A DNA stretch of 17,793 bases from a bacterium. Its GTDB lineage: Bacteria > Arandabacterota > Arandabacteria > Arandabacterales > JALGWA01. Where the stretch lies: the NCBI GenBank assembly GCA_050125095.1, contig JASFEA010000067.1, positions 1 to 17,793 on the forward strand. The letters run 5' to 3'. The notes beneath the pieces were generated by a model. The model did not search any database. It was not told the DNA's origin and worked only from the letters and a program-made list of their open reading frames with translations. The position numbers and the translations under genes were made by a program. Positions 16,049 through 17,793 of this stretch are shown one piece after another; position 1 is the stretch's first letter, and every line of letters begins with the position of its first letter.

Positions 16049-17791
16049 CTAGAGCGTGAGCTCGGACGCGATGCCGAGCTCGGTCGACTGGCTCGTGACC
16101 GCTCCCGTCTCGACGTCCTTTATAAGGACTTCGACCTCATAGTATCCCGCAATCAGACTCGAGAGGTCAATTCCCATGACCTGGCTCGTTGTGCCGCCGT
16201 CGGTTCTCATCTCGTAGCCGCTCGCGAGCGACACGATTTCCGTGGTCGGCTTTATGCCCACGGTGCGCGCGAAGAATGACAGCAGGCGCTGCGTTCTCGA
16301 GCGCCGCTCCGGGATCCTGCGGAACACATAGCTGACCTCGAGCCTGCCCCTGCCGTCCTCCCCGGTGGCGATGTTGTAGGCTTCGAAGGCGATATAGGCC
16401 TTGCTCCTGGTCTCATACATCCGGGACGGGTTGGGCCGGCCCTCTTCGTCGAACCTGAGCTCGAGGTCGCTTATCTCGAGACTGTCCCCGAAGGCCCGCA
16501 CGTTAACGTCGCGATGCGTGAAGCCCACGGCGTCGTTCTGGTTGGAAGTGAGCGAGATTGCGAGCACGCCCTTGCCCGTCGGCACTCTCACGTTGAGCGT
16601 GTCTATGAGCGGGCAGGTCGTGAGGTAGATGGCCGTGGAGTCGGCGTGTATTTTGCGGGTCAGCGTGAAGTGGGAGACCTCATTATAGAGCGTGTCCAGC
16701 AGGGCCCCCTCGACGACGAATTCCCCCCTCGGCCAGTCGTATTCGCGGTCGAATACGAGGCCGTTGAAATCGCAGGCATAGGCGATCTTGAAGCGCGTCG
16801 ACCCGTCGGGCTCCATGAATGAAAGCCCGACGAGCTCCACCTTCATGAGTTTCTTGATGTCCTGCTCGTAGACCTCGGGTATGTTTTCCTCCATATACGC
16901 GTACCTGTAGGCCGACCAGTCGTACTCGTAGGGGAAGGAGTAGTCGCCGTTGAGGAACGTGTCCTCGAAGTTGAGAACGAAGCCGTCGTATACCCACATC
17001 CACCGCGGGCGTTCCTTTCCCATCCGGCTCGACCTGTAGCGCGACGCCTGCTCGGCGTAATCCTCGAACCGCGTCGTGAACGGCGTCGTCATCAGCCGCT
17101 CGGTCGGGTTCAGCACGTCGCCGGCGAATGTGTTGGTGCCGAAGGGGTCGTAATACCAGTTGAGCGGGCGGCCGTATCGGATGAAGACCTCGCCGCGCGT
17201 GGTGAGCGAGCCCGGCTTGTCCAGCCTGCGCACGTAGAAGTGGAAGTCCGAGAAACTGACCCGCGATAGATGTTCCACGAGCCTCTCGTTGACGCGCGTC
17301 GCGGGGTTGGGATCCCGCTTTCTCCAGAGCAGGATTGTGACCGAGTCCATGTGGCCCGGGTTGGTTTTGGCCAGCGCCCTGAGTTCGTCGCCCGTCGCGA
17401 TCACGTCCAGCGAAAGGTACCGCCGGCGCTGGGAGTCGGGCATGAGGCTGAGGGCCCTTGAGAAGGCCTCATAGGATGAGCCGAGTTCGCCCCGCTCATT
17501 GTAGGCCATGCCCATGACAAGATACGCGTCGGTGCCGAGGCTGTCGGAGGGAAGTCTCTCGAGGATCTTGACGGATGAGTCGGGCTGGCCGGTGTCGAGA
17601 TAGCAGAGGGCGAGATAGGTCGCCGCGTCGACGAAGCCGGGCTGGAAGCGCATGGCCCGCCTGAGCGACAGGTTAGCCTCCTGGAACTGGTCGGTCTGCC
17701 ATTCCTCGAAAGCCCTGTCAAGATGGGCGCGACCGAGCCTGAAATGCGGGTACGGCCTTCTGGGCTGGAGCTCTATTGTCTTCTTGAGCTG
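16049..17791 (-). CDS. TPR-repeat GWxTD-domain protein (5' part outside window)
   Basis: Frame open to the window end (QLKKTIELQPRRPYPHFRLGRAHL...); TPR-like helices; LWRKRDPNPATRVNERLVEHLSRV...PGSLTTRGEVFIRYGRP matches the GWxTD family pattern; beta-rich C-terminus ending in AGYYEVEVLIKD. Confidence 0.85.
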   Translation of the reverse strand, partial: QLKKTIELQPRRPYPHFRLGRAHLDRAFEEWQTDQFQEANLSLRRAMRFQPGFVDAATYLALCYLDTGQPDSSVKILERLPSDSLGTDAYLVMGMAYNERGELGSSYEAFSRALSLMPDSQRRRYLSLDVIATGDELRALAKTNPGHMDSVTILLWRKRDPNPATRVNERLVEHLSRVSFSDFHFYVRRLDKPGSLTTRGEVFIRYGRPLNWYYDPFGTNTFAGDVLNPTERLMTTPFTTRFEDYAEQASRYRSSRMGKERPRWMWVYDGFVLNFEDTFLNGDYSFPYEYDWSAYRYAYMEENIPEVYEQDIKKLMKVELVGLSFMEPDGSTRFKIAYACDFNGLVFDREYDWPRGEFVVEGALLDTLYNEVSHFTLTRKIHADSTAIYLTTCPLIDTLNVRVPTGKGVLAISLTSNQNDAVGFTHRDVNVRAFGDSLEISDLELRFDEEGRPNPSRMYETRSKAYIAFEAYNIATGEDGRGRLEVSYVFRRIPERRSRTQRLLSFFARTVGIKPTTEIVSLASGYEMRTDGGTTSQVMGIDLSSLIAGYYEVEVLIKDVETGAVTSQSTELGIASELTL

Positions 17792-17793
17792 CT

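Overview
GC-rich bacterial window, possibly from an FCB-related or similar diderm lineage (inferred from the GWxTD/TonB genes; taxonomy cannot be fixed from this sequence). The left end is a housekeeping run: clpX (5'-truncated), engB/yihA, a class V aminotransferase, purA and tRNA-Lys(UUU). An accessory block follows (about 4.1-12.6 kb). It starts with a 1654-aa fusion of Ser/Thr kinase, degenerate STAND-like NTPase, TPR, GAF, sigma54 AAA+ activator and Fis-type HTH. Next comes an AT-rich control region with three palindromic (T/C)CGTA-N6-TACGA sites, two IHF-like sites and a -24/-12 promoter. This promoter precedes a 75-aa exported, membrane-anchored micro-protein and an HTH-less, apparently catalytically dead sigma54-activator AAA domain. 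A small PD-(D/E)xK-like protein and a clostripain (C11) lipoprotein with a non-canonical S1 motif follow. The right part has a stand-alone dnaK with its own sigma54/IHF/UAS promoter, a zinc-ribbon DUF2007 protein, and, on the minus strand, a TonB-like protein and a TPR/GWxTD protein (5'-truncated). The best candidate for a novel system is the activator / UAS / micro-protein / dead-activator module.
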